From a virus: a stretch of 64,000 nt of DNA. The notes below the pieces were generated by a model. The model searched no databases. It saw only the letters and a list, made by a program, of their open reading frames with translations, and had not been told where the DNA came from. The DNA is taken from positions 30,106 through 94,105 of IMG/VR virus record IMGVR_UViG_3300033984_000205; one strand, written 5' to 3'. Both the position numbers and the translations under genes were made by a program. Shown here in pieces: positions 10,629 to 21,103 of the stretch (position 1 is its first letter; each line of letters starts with the position of its first letter).

Positions 10629-13157
10629 TTATGTTGTTTGTGTAAGTTGACTCATCATTTTTTGTAATTCTTTTGCAGAAATTTTAATTGTTCCTCCTTT
10701 ACCATCAGGTATTTCTAATTGATTTTTAGTAGTTGCAACACTATTTTTATTAATCGTATTACCTTGACTATCAAGACCAAGATATTTTCCATAATCTTTC
10801 ATAAGATTTTCAATCATCTTATTTTGTTTCATAGCATTTAAGTCTTTACCTGTTTGTTGTAAAGCTAAAGACTGATCTTTAAGTCCCATTCCTTTAGCAG
10901 TATAGTAAGCATCTTTAGCAGCTTCATTAGCCATATTAGCTTGATATTGTCCTTGACCTTTTAATTGGTCTACACTTAAAGCAACATTACCTTTAGTCTT
11001 ATATATATCTGCAACTTGTCCTGCAGCTCCTGCACTAATATCCATAATGTTTTGTTGTAAAGCAGTGTCATATAACCAATCTAATCCTCTCATTTGATTA
11101 ACTCCTCTAGCAGCATTTCTAGCTGATTTTTTACTTCCTTGAGTATTAGTTGTTGCTTTTGTTATTGCTTGTGCTTTACTACCTTCAATAGAACTCATAG
11201 CTTTATCTAACTCTTTCTGAGTTTCTTTACCTGCATTTTTATAAACATTGGTGTGAGTTACATCAGTACTCCTAGATTCAGCAGCATTCTTAAGTCCTGC
11301 AGTTGCTCCAAGATAGTTTCCAAAGAGTCCAGCAAGATCACCTATACCTGGTATACCTCCTTGTTTACCTATTGCACCTAATCCTTTTTCAAGACCTCTA
11401 CTAAACATAGTTCCTTCAGGATTAACTTTAGTCATAGTTTCAGTCCCTTCAGGAACAAGGTTAGGTGTATAACCTATTGACTCTGGTATAGAATTTTTAA
11501 ACATCTCTGGATTAGATGTTTTAAAATCTTCTGCCCAATTAGAAAATATCCCTCCTGCAGTTCCATCTGGTGAAAAAGGATCTGCAGTTTTACCTACAGT
11601 ATTTTTCACTAATTGTTTTAAATTAGGTGCTTTCAAATCTATAGTAGAAGGTATATCTTGTCCTTGATTTTTAAAATAACCTTTAGGGATACCCACATCT
11701 TCTCCAGGAGTATAACCAACATAATCTTCTATCATATCAGTATAACCATTTAGATTTGCATCACCTTCTTGATATATCCAATCATTAGCAGGATTAGGAT
11801 CAGGGTCAGTAAGATAGTCAGTTCCATTAACATATTCAGTTACTCCCATAGCACCTGTACCACTACCATATCTCATAGAGTCTCCTACAGGATTACTTTG
11901 CAATCCTTCCATACTAGTACCAAATGCTTTTACCATAGTATCAGCCATAGCCTGCATATTGTTTACTTGCTCTTGAAACTGTAAATCAGATGCTTCTTCT
12001 TTTTGAATAGCCATCATCTTTCTTTGAGTAGCATTCTTAAGAGCAGCATCAATTAAAGGTTGAGAAGCAACTTTTTCAAGGTTAGCAATCTTTCTCTCTC
12101 TGGCTTCTTTTCTTTCAGCTAAAGTTTCTTTACCTACTTTAAGTCTATCAGAATATATCTTAGTTCCTTCTTCAACATCTTCTCCTACTTCTAATGGAAT
12201 ACCTCCTTGCTCATGACTAGGGCCTTCAAACTCTCCTGTTTCTCCTTGTGGAGTTTCATACATTTCTCCTCCTTCAACTTCAACATTAGACTTAACATTG
12301 TTCATACCATTAGCTGCTACAACTCCTGCACTATTACTTGCATCTATATCTGGAGTTGCACCTGGAGCTTTTTTGAAACTACCTGCTGCACTAATACCTT
12401 GTTGTAATAGTCCTCCAACTAATGAAACAATAGGGACTACAGAATTACTAGCTACTTGTTTATCAGTTTCTGCTAACATAATATTATAATCATTCAATAC
12501 TTCATTAGGAGTTTGAATATAATTATTAGGACCAACACCTTGAGTATTAGTGCCATTAGCATATTTTTTTCTAGGGTTCATTCTTTTTTTCATAATTCCT
12601 TCTTGGTTAGTTCCAAAAGCTAGTGCTTTAGGGTTATCAGTAATTTTTTCATCAACTTTATCTGTAACTTCTTCTTGAACTTTTTGACCTACACTTTCTT
12701 TTCCTAAATACTTTAAAAGCTGATTAAAAATAGGTTCTACAACAGCAGGAGCCTTCTCAAGAGCAAACCCCTTTTTTGCAGTTGCCCCTTTACCTTCAAA
12801 AGGAAAAAGAAGACTTAAAGCATCTATAGCATGATTTACAGTTTTTAATCCTTCTCTTTTTTTTAAATCTTTACTTTTATATTGATCTGCATTGTTTAAA
12901 TCCATATAAGTAGCAATGTCAGAAGCTAAATGAACAGGAGAACTTAAAACTTGTCTGATAGACCTAGTAAAAAAATTAGGGTCTTGCTCTTGATCTTTAG
13001 AAATCTTATCAAATTGTTTTTGTACAGGATTTCTTTTTTGAGCTATTCTCCAATCATTATACTTTACCCTAGAGTTATAATTTTCCTTACTCTCATTAGG
13101 TAATCTATTAGGATTTGTATCTAATTGTTGTGACCTTGATTTCTTAGGTTGTAACAT
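10629..13157 (-). CDS. Internal virion (ejection/cargo) protein
   Basis: 842 aa with an EVEGGE...GPSHEQGG motif typical of crAss-like cargo proteins. It also has repeated (Y/L/K)AxG(T/M) motifs and an Ala/Gln-rich coiled C-terminus. Confidence 0.65.
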   Translation of the reverse strand: MLQPKKSRSQQLDTNPNRLPNESKENYNSRVKYNDWRIAQKRNPVQKQFDKISKDQEQDPNFFTRSIRQVLSSPVHLASDIATYMDLNNADQYKSKDLKKREGLKTVNHAIDALSLLFPFEGKGATAKKGFALEKAPAVVEPIFNQLLKYLGKESVGQKVQEEVTDKVDEKITDNPKALAFGTNQEGIMKKRMNPRKKYANGTNTQGVGPNNYIQTPNEVLNDYNIMLAETDKQVASNSVVPIVSLVGGLLQQGISAAGSFKKAPGATPDIDASNSAGVVAANGMNNVKSNVEVEGGEMYETPQGETGEFEGPSHEQGGIPLEVGEDVEEGTKIYSDRLKVGKETLAERKEARERKIANLEKVASQPLIDAALKNATQRKMMAIQKEEASDLQFQEQVNNMQAMADTMVKAFGTSMEGLQSNPVGDSMRYGSGTGAMGVTEYVNGTDYLTDPDPNPANDWIYQEGDANLNGYTDMIEDYVGYTPGEDVGIPKGYFKNQGQDIPSTIDLKAPNLKQLVKNTVGKTADPFSPDGTAGGIFSNWAEDFKTSNPEMFKNSIPESIGYTPNLVPEGTETMTKVNPEGTMFSRGLEKGLGAIGKQGGIPGIGDLAGLFGNYLGATAGLKNAAESRSTDVTHTNVYKNAGKETQKELDKAMSSIEGSKAQAITKATTNTQGSKKSARNAARGVNQMRGLDWLYDTALQQNIMDISAGAAGQVADIYKTKGNVALSVDQLKGQGQYQANMANEAAKDAYYTAKGMGLKDQSLALQQTGKDLNAMKQNKMIENLMKDYGKYLGLDSQGNTINKNSVATTKNQLEIPDGKGGTIKISAKELQKMMSQLTQTT

Positions 13158-13185
13158 CTTTCTTTAGTTTATTAAAGGTTAATCT

Positions 13186-16100
13186 TTATCTTTCTGATTC
13201 AGTTCTTTGAAGAGCTGAAAAATTAAAGATTAATCTTGTATCAGCAAAGTTATCAAATATCAGTCTTACAACCAAGAACTTATCTCTAAAACTTTCAAGT
13301 TGAGTCCAATCTTTATTAAAGTCAATAGCAGTAGGATTAACTATCTTATCTATATAGTAATTACTTTGAAGAGCAGAACCATTTTTTAAGAACATAGGGA
13401 CAGTATAATTGTCTCTTATATCTCTTAAATTATTCATAGTCCAATCTCTTTCATTTCTATCTATAGTAGCTTGAGTTAAGTTATTTGTTGTTTGTTGTAA
13501 CAAGTAATTTACATTACTATCTTGTTTAGGTACTAAGTTAAGAACACCACTAATCTGCTGAGTATTATACAAAAGTATCTTATTAAAAGTTACATACCTT
13601 TGATCTAAGTACTCTTCAGAAACAGTATCAAATTTCTTAGCTTCAGTTTGGAATAATAAACTATCCCACACTTTAGTTGTCATAGCACTTGGATTATCTA
13701 CATACTCTACAATAAAAGGATACCTTACATTATAGAAAGTCTGATAATGATTAGGCCTATTATGTTTAAACAAGTATCTAGAATTTTCATTCCAAGAATA
13801 AAACTTCTCTTGTACATGCATATAGAAACTAGGTATATAAGGATGCCAACTTACCCATTCTTTTTTCTTTAAAGAGTAAGACATAGTGTATCCATTATTT
13901 ACAATCTGAGGTACAAATGTTGCTCCTTGACCTTGTTCAACAACAGGTACTGGTTTTGTACTAATTATTTCTATATCAATAGGAGTTTTTATAGCAGCAA
14001 GAATAGTATTCATATCTAAAGCAAATTGACAAGGAGATATAATAAGATTACTTGCAGGACAATCTATAGTTAAAGGACTTCCTACATTACTTCTATCAGG
14101 TTTTATATACCAACCATACTGTTCTAACCCTGGTTTTCCATCTGGTCCTAGTAAAGTAGAATATGGATTGTTTAAGAGTTGACTTTTTACAGATTCCCAT
14201 TCAGCATTTGAAAAGTACCTGTTTCTAGGTATAGCATTAACTTCTGCTAAAGTATAATTTCTCCCTTTTATAGCTCCTAAAGCATGTAATATAAAAGGTT
14301 TTGACTCTGCTACTGTAGCTATAGGATAATTAATACCTATAAAAGTTTCAAAAGTAGAGTGAATTCCTCCTGTTTTTGTAAAATTAAAATAATTATTTAC
14401 ATACCCACCATAAGGTTGATTTGCAAAATTTAATGTTACATCATTACCAAAATTATGATAAATAGGGCGTGACTCATTAACAAATGAAATTAGTAATACA
14501 TTTTTTCTTCTCTCTATAGGAATTAAACTGGCAAGATTTAACCATCTTTCAGTCTCATCATAAAATTCTCTTAATTGTCCTATCCAACCTGAAGGTATTA
14601 AGTCATTTGTAATCCAAGAGTTTAAACTTTGTTGAATTTGACTTCTGTCATTATCATCAAAAGAACCTGTCTTATCATAATAAACCCAAAGGTCAAGATC
14701 ATTAGGTACAGTAGTAAATCCTTGAACAATAGTAGTAACTTCTTGATCAACAACTTTTTCAAATTGCATTTTACAATCTTTTACTCCTATATAGTTCCAA
14801 CCATCTTCAAGTCTATCTGCAATAATTTGAGCAGGGTTAATAAAGATTACAGAGTCATCTCCTTCAGTACATAATTGATGAGGTACAGAAGGAAGATTAA
14901 CAATTTGCTTATCTTTTTTTGTAATAATTAATCTTTCTTTATTGCTATCATAAGTAGAAAGAAAACCTGTTCCTATTGGATTTGAAGGGTTGTTTCTATA
15001 TGGATAAGGTACAAGATTAGTATTATAATATTGTTGATCTACTGAAAAGTCCATGTGAGTTTTAAAGTAGTTACTATTCCCATTATCACTTACAGGTTCT
15101 AATTGTTGACCATTAAATAGATACCATTTCTTTTCTTTCCAAGAAGGGAAAAATACTCCAAACTTAGTCTTAGTTCTTGCCCACTTATGAATATTTCCAG
15201 CAGAAGAATTTGCATCATCTACAATCTTTCTAGGAGGTACTGAGAAGTATTCTCCTGTACCAATAAAAGATATAATATCAGAAGTGATTCTTTCTTGGAA
15301 AGTCTGAGGACAATGCCATAACCCTTCTTCAGTGTGTATATACAAATTATTTTGTATTCTGAATATGTCTGTTATTCTTCCTGTTTCAGCTTCAAGGTCT
15401 TTATAATTATTAGGTAAAAAAGCTCTAAAATTATCTGTAAGTTCTTCTTGAAAGGCTTGTTCAGACCAATGAAATCTATGAGGAAAGGTTTCTACACAAT
15501 CTGAACAACAATCATATTCTAATCCTAAATGATTATATGCTTTTTGACGATTTCTTCTTTTATAGTCAGGGTTAAGTGCATATACTTCTGCACCTGCTAC
15601 TCCATAATAACCTCTTCCTCCTTTTCTATTAGCATCTAAATAAGTTAATTTCTTAACCATGTGAAAATCTAAAGCAGTTGTAGGTTCTATCTCTTCAGTT
15701 CTTACAGACCAAATATCAAAATACTCACGATTTCTTTCAACTACAGTAGAACCTGTTTCAATTAAACCTGGAGCATTTAAGAAGTCAGGAGTATTATCTG
15801 AAGCTCCATGTCTTAACCCTACATTAACTGCAGACTCAAACCATAAATTAGCACAATCTCCTAACCACTGAATTTCATCATCTGATGGATTTTTTTCAAA
15901 TCCTCTTTGATCTCCTGAAACTGGGTCTATATCATATTGTACATAATCATCTTTAATAGTATCTCTAAGTCCTTGATTATAAAGAACATTGTAAGCTTTA
16001 TTCCAAGCTTCTTGATTAAGTCCTGATATAGTTAAAGTAGTTGCTATACCTACTGCAGCTCCTGCTACTGCTAAACCTGCTGCTGCAACTATTAAAGGAG

Positions 16101-19047
16101 TACCTGCTCCAAGAGAAAATATAGTTAATACTACTGCACCAATTAATAATAGTCCAGCCCCAATAAATTTCCAAACAGAAGTTTTACCTGCTCTCTGTTT
16201 CATTCTAATGTCATGATAAATACTATTTACATATCTCATAGAACTTACATAAGTATCTCCATTCCAAATAGCAGTAGTCCCTGTATTTGTAAGATTATCA
16301 AATACTTCAGGATTTTTACTTTCTTTATAATATGGAGTTAACCTAAAATTAGAATAAGGTTCAAAGTTATCTCTATATAGATATACATAAGGAAGACTTG
16401 ATACAGTTTCAAAAGAATAGTTTTGAAGTAATTGTATAATACCTACTTTATTATCACATGCTAAGTTAAATACATCTACTCCTTTATTAGCACTGTCTTT
16501 AGTCAACTTATCCTCTAAAGCAGATAAATAATAAAGGTCTTTAATATTAGAAGGACTAAGAGTAAAAGAAGTAGAAGAAGCAAACTCAGTTATGTTATCT
16601 CTAGTTTTTATATGAAGACTTAGTCCATCATCATCACTTTCTCCTTTTTTATGTTTACCTGATACATATCCACTACCATCAACTATATCTCTAATTTTAG
16701 CCATACTTTTAATGACTTGAGTCTTATTAAATTGTCCTTGTTGAACAATTTTACTAAAAGTAGCATATTTTTTATCATTAAATTTATGTTCAGGATATAT
16801 TAATCCTAAAGTATCCTTTTTAATCTTAGAAGCTATTGTACCATATTGAGGAAATAAAAGTCCTTGTGCTACAAAATTCTTTTGTTGAGTTGTAGAAGTT
16901 AGTACAGCACTATCAATAACAGTTTTATCTGATTCTGTTCTTTCATTTCTTACTATGTAATATCCTGTAATTTTTAATCCATTAGTATCAATTAAAGAAG
17001 GTCTATAAATATTAGAGAAATTAAGACCAAAAACTTCAGTAGTATATAAAGGATCTGAATTTTCTCTTATTCCTACTCCTATAACAATAGTATAAGTAAC
17101 TTTTGTTACAGTAGAAGTTCCTGTATACTGATACATTCCTGAAGTAGGATTTAAAGTAGGGCCAGTTAGTACAACTGTATTAACATCAGAAGGAATAGGT
17201 GCAACTTGAGGATAAGTACCATATGCAAAGTTTTCTACAAGACTAGTTACAAGAGGAGCTGTATCACCATACAAGTTTCCTGAATTAGTAGTATAACTTA
17301 CATTTGCAGTAGTATTGTTTCCTACTTCAACAGCATAATCATAAGGATCTACTACACCAGTAAAAGTACTTTGTGTAGAATCTTCAGTATATTTTAAAGT
17401 AAAATCATAAGCTTCAAAAGTTACTGGATTTCCAAAATCAGCAAGAGTTGCTGTACAATTTTCAGGGTCAGAACATTCTGCAGGAACTTTGGCTCCTGTC
17501 CTTGTAGTAAGAACAGATATATTTTTTACAAAACTTGGTGCTTGATTATCAGGGACTTTAGTTATAAAAGGAATATTATGATCTGTTCTTAAAGGAAACC
17601 TATGATGTCTTATAGATCTACCATTTAAAGGGTCTCCTTTAGAGTCTGTCCCCCAATAATCTTCTACTCCACAAAGACTATTATCAGTGTAATTTGTCTC
17701 TTCACAACTGTTATTAGTATTACTCATAGGATAAATCTCATCACCTGTGGCAAACTTTAAATCTGAAGCATAGTTATTATTTTTTCCAGGGATATGAAAT
17801 ACAGGAGTTGTTGTATTGTCTTCAAAAATATAAACAATACCTAAAGAATATATTTCTCCTGGCATATATCCAAGGCCATTAAAATGAGCTGCAGGATCTT
17901 TAGCATTACTCTTATCAGGTTCAGAGACTATTACAGTTTTAGTAATTAAATCTGTATTGATTTTACTTGCATACTTTTGAAGTTTACAATAGTTTACTTG
18001 TTTACCTTCTACATCTCCAAGTATTAGTCTATTTTCAATCTGTTCTATACTTTGAGCTTTCTCAATAATATTATTAAACATTGTAATCTCTGCCTGAGTA
18101 CCTGTGCTTTCATAATTAGAACCTGTATAATAAAATACATTATTTCTTGTAGAAATTTCAGCAGTATATTTAGTATCACTAATTTCTCCATTACCTGCTG
18201 CAGCTTCAGTAACAGCTAATCTATAAAAAGGAAAAGTAGTATCTAAACTATTAATATCAAAAGTTATTTTGATAGCTTTATTACTAACTTCAAAGTTTAA
18301 ATAACTATCATTTCTTTCCATAGTAACTCCTCTCTTATCTCTATAAGATATAGTAGAAGGAGTGTTATAAATAGAAATAGTTTCAGTGCTTGTAACAAAC
18401 TCTGTAGGGTTAAAGTCTTCATCAAGATACTGAATAGAAAAGTTATAAGAACCTGGAGCCAAAGTCCCTGCTCCATCTACAACTGTAATATCATCTACAA
18501 TTGGAATCTTTTTGTAAGTCTTAAATAAGTTAAATTTAGAAATATCCCAATTCCCTGAAGGATCTTGAAACTCTTCTTCTTTATCAAAAATAAATATTCT
18601 AGGTTTTGGATCAACCCAATATATAACTCTTTCACATCCTCTTCTTAATCTAAAGGTTGCATCAATTTGTTGAGTAACCTTAAAACCTAATTTTTCTAAC
18701 TGGTCATGGTCACTTACAGCAACAGTAGAATTACATTCTTTATCAACAATAATTATAGCAGAGTCTCCATTAGAGTGGGCTAAGAATATTGCATTATTTT
18801 CTTCACCTATGTAACACTTACCTATAGGAATATATCCTGAAGGTAATAGTCCATCAACAGTTAAATCATAACACTCTTGGTTAGACTCTTCATTTGCAAT
18901 AAAACCATAATCTCCTTCTTTAGTTTCATTTACTCCTGTAAGAACAAATCTAGTTGTTCCTTCAGGTTGATTTACTAAAGAGGAATCTGTATTTAATCCT
19001 CCAGGAATGTTTACACTAACTCCTCCTTGTTGTTTTTCTTTAGCCAT
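13186..19047 (-). CDS. Tail stabilisation / muzzle-type protein (P22 gp10-like, crAss-type)
   Basis: 1953 aa. The N-terminus reads GGLNTDSS...G.IANEESN and the C-terminus reads TMSYSL..KEWVSWHPYIP and FRDKFLVVRL. It lies between the ring protein and the cargo genes. Confidence 0.7.
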   Translation of the reverse strand: MAKEKQQGGVSVNIPGGLNTDSSLVNQPEGTTRFVLTGVNETKEGDYGFIANEESNQECYDLTVDGLLPSGYIPIGKCYIGEENNAIFLAHSNGDSAIIIVDKECNSTVAVSDHDQLEKLGFKVTQQIDATFRLRRGCERVIYWVDPKPRIFIFDKEEEFQDPSGNWDISKFNLFKTYKKIPIVDDITVVDGAGTLAPGSYNFSIQYLDEDFNPTEFVTSTETISIYNTPSTISYRDKRGVTMERNDSYLNFEVSNKAIKITFDINSLDTTFPFYRLAVTEAAAGNGEISDTKYTAEISTRNNVFYYTGSNYESTGTQAEITMFNNIIEKAQSIEQIENRLILGDVEGKQVNYCKLQKYASKINTDLITKTVIVSEPDKSNAKDPAAHFNGLGYMPGEIYSLGIVYIFEDNTTTPVFHIPGKNNNYASDLKFATGDEIYPMSNTNNSCEETNYTDNSLCGVEDYWGTDSKGDPLNGRSIRHHRFPLRTDHNIPFITKVPDNQAPSFVKNISVLTTRTGAKVPAECSDPENCTATLADFGNPVTFEAYDFTLKYTEDSTQSTFTGVVDPYDYAVEVGNNTTANVSYTTNSGNLYGDTAPLVTSLVENFAYGTYPQVAPIPSDVNTVVLTGPTLNPTSGMYQYTGTSTVTKVTYTIVIGVGIRENSDPLYTTEVFGLNFSNIYRPSLIDTNGLKITGYYIVRNERTESDKTVIDSAVLTSTTQQKNFVAQGLLFPQYGTIASKIKKDTLGLIYPEHKFNDKKYATFSKIVQQGQFNKTQVIKSMAKIRDIVDGSGYVSGKHKKGESDDDGLSLHIKTRDNITEFASSTSFTLSPSNIKDLYYLSALEDKLTKDSANKGVDVFNLACDNKVGIIQLLQNYSFETVSSLPYVYLYRDNFEPYSNFRLTPYYKESKNPEVFDNLTNTGTTAIWNGDTYVSSMRYVNSIYHDIRMKQRAGKTSVWKFIGAGLLLIGAVVLTIFSLGAGTPLIVAAAGLAVAGAAVGIATTLTISGLNQEAWNKAYNVLYNQGLRDTIKDDYVQYDIDPVSGDQRGFEKNPSDDEIQWLGDCANLWFESAVNVGLRHGASDNTPDFLNAPGLIETGSTVVERNREYFDIWSVRTEEIEPTTALDFHMVKKLTYLDANRKGGRGYYGVAGAEVYALNPDYKRRNRQKAYNHLGLEYDCCSDCVETFPHRFHWSEQAFQEELTDNFRAFLPNNYKDLEAETGRITDIFRIQNNLYIHTEEGLWHCPQTFQERITSDIISFIGTGEYFSVPPRKIVDDANSSAGNIHKWARTKTKFGVFFPSWKEKKWYLFNGQQLEPVSDNGNSNYFKTHMDFSVDQQYYNTNLVPYPYRNNPSNPIGTGFLSTYDSNKERLIITKKDKQIVNLPSVPHQLCTEGDDSVIFINPAQIIADRLEDGWNYIGVKDCKMQFEKVVDQEVTTIVQGFTTVPNDLDLWVYYDKTGSFDDNDRSQIQQSLNSWITNDLIPSGWIGQLREFYDETERWLNLASLIPIERRKNVLLISFVNESRPIYHNFGNDVTLNFANQPYGGYVNNYFNFTKTGGIHSTFETFIGINYPIATVAESKPFILHALGAIKGRNYTLAEVNAIPRNRYFSNAEWESVKSQLLNNPYSTLLGPDGKPGLEQYGWYIKPDRSNVGSPLTIDCPASNLIISPCQFALDMNTILAAIKTPIDIEIISTKPVPVVEQGQGATFVPQIVNNGYTMSYSLKKKEWVSWHPYIPSFYMHVQEKFYSWNENSRYLFKHNRPNHYQTFYNVRYPFIVEYVDNPSAMTTKVWDSLLFQTEAKKFDTVSEEYLDQRYVTFNKILLYNTQQISGVLNLVPKQDSNVNYLLQQTTNNLTQATIDRNERDWTMNNLRDIRDNYTVPMFLKNGSALQSNYYIDKIVNPTAIDFNKDWTQLESFRDKFLVVRLIFDNFADTRLIFNFSALQRTESER

Positions 19048-19049
19048 AA

Positions 19050-20066
19050 TTATCTCATATAAGATGAGTTACCTGATGTATATCTATATTTGTTTGTAAA
19101 GTTAGGATCATTAAAGATTCTATCTTCTGCTTGTCCAAGTTTTCCAAAGAAACCATAGTATCTTTTTCTTCTTGGTAATAAGTAGTTACTACCTTCCATA
19201 AGGTCTTCATACTCATCAGTTCCCCAAGGCATCTTGGCTTTGTTCTTAAATTGCTTAATGTATTTTAACCACCTTGCTTCAGCTACTTGAGCTATTTGCA
19301 TAGCCCCTTCTCTGTGATTCCAAGCTTCTCTTTCTTTAGTTTTCCAACCTAAGTAATAAGTAATAGCAGCCTTAGCAGATTCATCATCAGGAATCATAGG
19401 ATAACCTGTTTCTTGATCTACTCTTTGTCTTAAGTAAGCTACTGCTACATATCCTTCTTTAAAACTAAATCTAAGTTGGTCTCCAACAATAGTATATTCA
19501 TCTGAAAGACTTGAAGTATTCTCATTATACAATCCTGCATTACATTCTGTCTGACAAACTAGACTATTAAAGAAACTATGATTAGCTAATCTAACAGGAG
19601 TAAATTTAGTTCTGTAAGCTTTAGAATGAACCCAACCTAAGTATTCATATTGTAAATCAAAATAAGGTCTGTAATAACCTATTTCTTGATCTCCAATTAA
19701 TTCTCCTTGGCAATCTACAGCAACTAAATCATCTGTCCAGCCACCACAACAAGAATCTGGAGAACTAATAGGTACTAACTCTTCAGCAATAACTTGTGGT
19801 GTACAAGATACAACATCAGTAGGAGACCAAGCATTATTCTTGGCAACCTGAATAATATAATGTAATCCATTAGGTAAAGCTGCTTGATAATTTCTAACTT
19901 CAAGAAAGGCAATACCTTCTTCAGAAGCAGAAGCCATTTGCATAAATCCTAGTGCCTCTCCTATCCATTCTATAGCCTCATCTTCATTAAGTTCAACCCC
20001 TCTGAAGTCTCTCATATACTTAGATAGTATAGTGTCTACTGTAACATATTGAAATCTATCTTGCAT
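19050..20066 (-). CDS. Tail ring / tubular protein
   Basis: 338 aa with AIEWIGEAL and FSFKEGYV.VAY...D..GYPMIPD motifs of crAss-like ring proteins. Confidence 0.65.
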   Translation of the reverse strand: MQDRFQYVTVDTILSKYMRDFRGVELNEDEAIEWIGEALGFMQMASASEEGIAFLEVRNYQAALPNGLHYIIQVAKNNAWSPTDVVSCTPQVIAEELVPISSPDSCCGGWTDDLVAVDCQGELIGDQEIGYYRPYFDLQYEYLGWVHSKAYRTKFTPVRLANHSFFNSLVCQTECNAGLYNENTSSLSDEYTIVGDQLRFSFKEGYVAVAYLRQRVDQETGYPMIPDDESAKAAITYYLGWKTKEREAWNHREGAMQIAQVAEARWLKYIKQFKNKAKMPWGTDEYEDLMEGSNYLLPRRKRYYGFFGKLGQAEDRIFNDPNFTNKYRYTSGNSSYMR

Positions 20067-20080
20067 AATCTTTTATTTAT

Positions 20081-21097
20081 TTAAGGTACACAAATATAAG
20101 TACCATTTATATATATTTTACTATTAGTAGTAAATATAACTGGAGTTCCTTGAATTAGTAAACTTTCAATTAAAGGTTTGGGAGTTGCTGTAGTTTCTTT
20201 TAACCAATGCAAATCTAACACTAAAGAATTAGGCAAATGATCAGCAACCATTTGTATATGTCCATTTAATTCATCAGGAGGTAAGGCTGTATTAACCCAA
20301 GACCATGCAGAAAAATGATTTGCTGCTGTAGGTATAGGTAAAAATGGAAGTTCTGTTTTAAACTGTCCTGTCCCAAAATTAGTAACAGTAGACAAATCTA
20401 TAACAATATTAAATGAAACCATTTGTCCAAACCTTACATAATAAGAATTATAGGTAGGATATGTTCCATTACTTCCTGTAAAAGTTAAACCTGTTGCTTG
20501 AAATACAGGAGACCAACTAGTAGTAACTGGTCCAATAGTAGAAGCATCTGCCCAAGTTGTATTATAATTAGAACCATTAACTTTTACTAAGACTTGTCCA
20601 GCAGTTCCTCCTATAGCAACTCCTGGTCCAACTGCTCCTTGTATTCCTTGGTCACCTTTGTCACCAGTATTTCCTGTGTCTCCTTTTATTCCCTGAATAC
20701 CTTGTTGACCTTGTATCCCCTGTATTCCTTGAATTCCTTGTATTCCTTGCAATCCTTGAGGTCCTTGTAGATCTCCTACATCATCCCAAGTATTAGTTAT
20801 TGTATGCCATACATATAAAGAGCCATCAGAAATAAGTAACCAAGCTTCTCCAGGATTTCCAGGAGCACTTCCAGCTCCAACTTGAAATGCTGCAAGATCA
20901 GGGTAAGAACCAAGCACTGTTAAAGCTGCTCCTACTTCTCCTTGAATCCCTTGTGTACCCTGAATTCCCTGAGTTCCCTGAGGACCTTGGATTCCTTGTG
21001 GTCCTGGAGTAGTCTCTACTTCAGCCACCTTGTGATAAAGATCAACAATTCTTTGTTCAGCTTTACTTATTCTTGGTAATATCTGTCTTTCTTGCAT
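20081..21097 (-). CDS. Collagen-repeat tail fibre/adhesin
   Basis: Two GxQ triplet runs (GPQGIQ...) separated by a G.AWLL..G.LYVW...W.DVG.LQGP module, followed by a beta-rich C-terminal tip. Confidence 0.75.
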   Translation of the reverse strand: MQERQILPRISKAEQRIVDLYHKVAEVETTPGPQGIQGPQGTQGIQGTQGIQGEVGAALTVLGSYPDLAAFQVGAGSAPGNPGEAWLLISDGSLYVWHTITNTWDDVGDLQGPQGLQGIQGIQGIQGIQGQQGIQGIKGDTGNTGDKGDQGIQGAVGPGVAIGGTAGQVLVKVNGSNYNTTWADASTIGPVTTSWSPVFQATGLTFTGSNGTYPTYNSYYVRFGQMVSFNIVIDLSTVTNFGTGQFKTELPFLPIPTAANHFSAWSWVNTALPPDELNGHIQMVADHLPNSLVLDLHWLKETTATPKPLIESLLIQGTPVIFTTNSKIYINGTYICVP

Positions 21098-21103
21098 GGT
21101 TTA

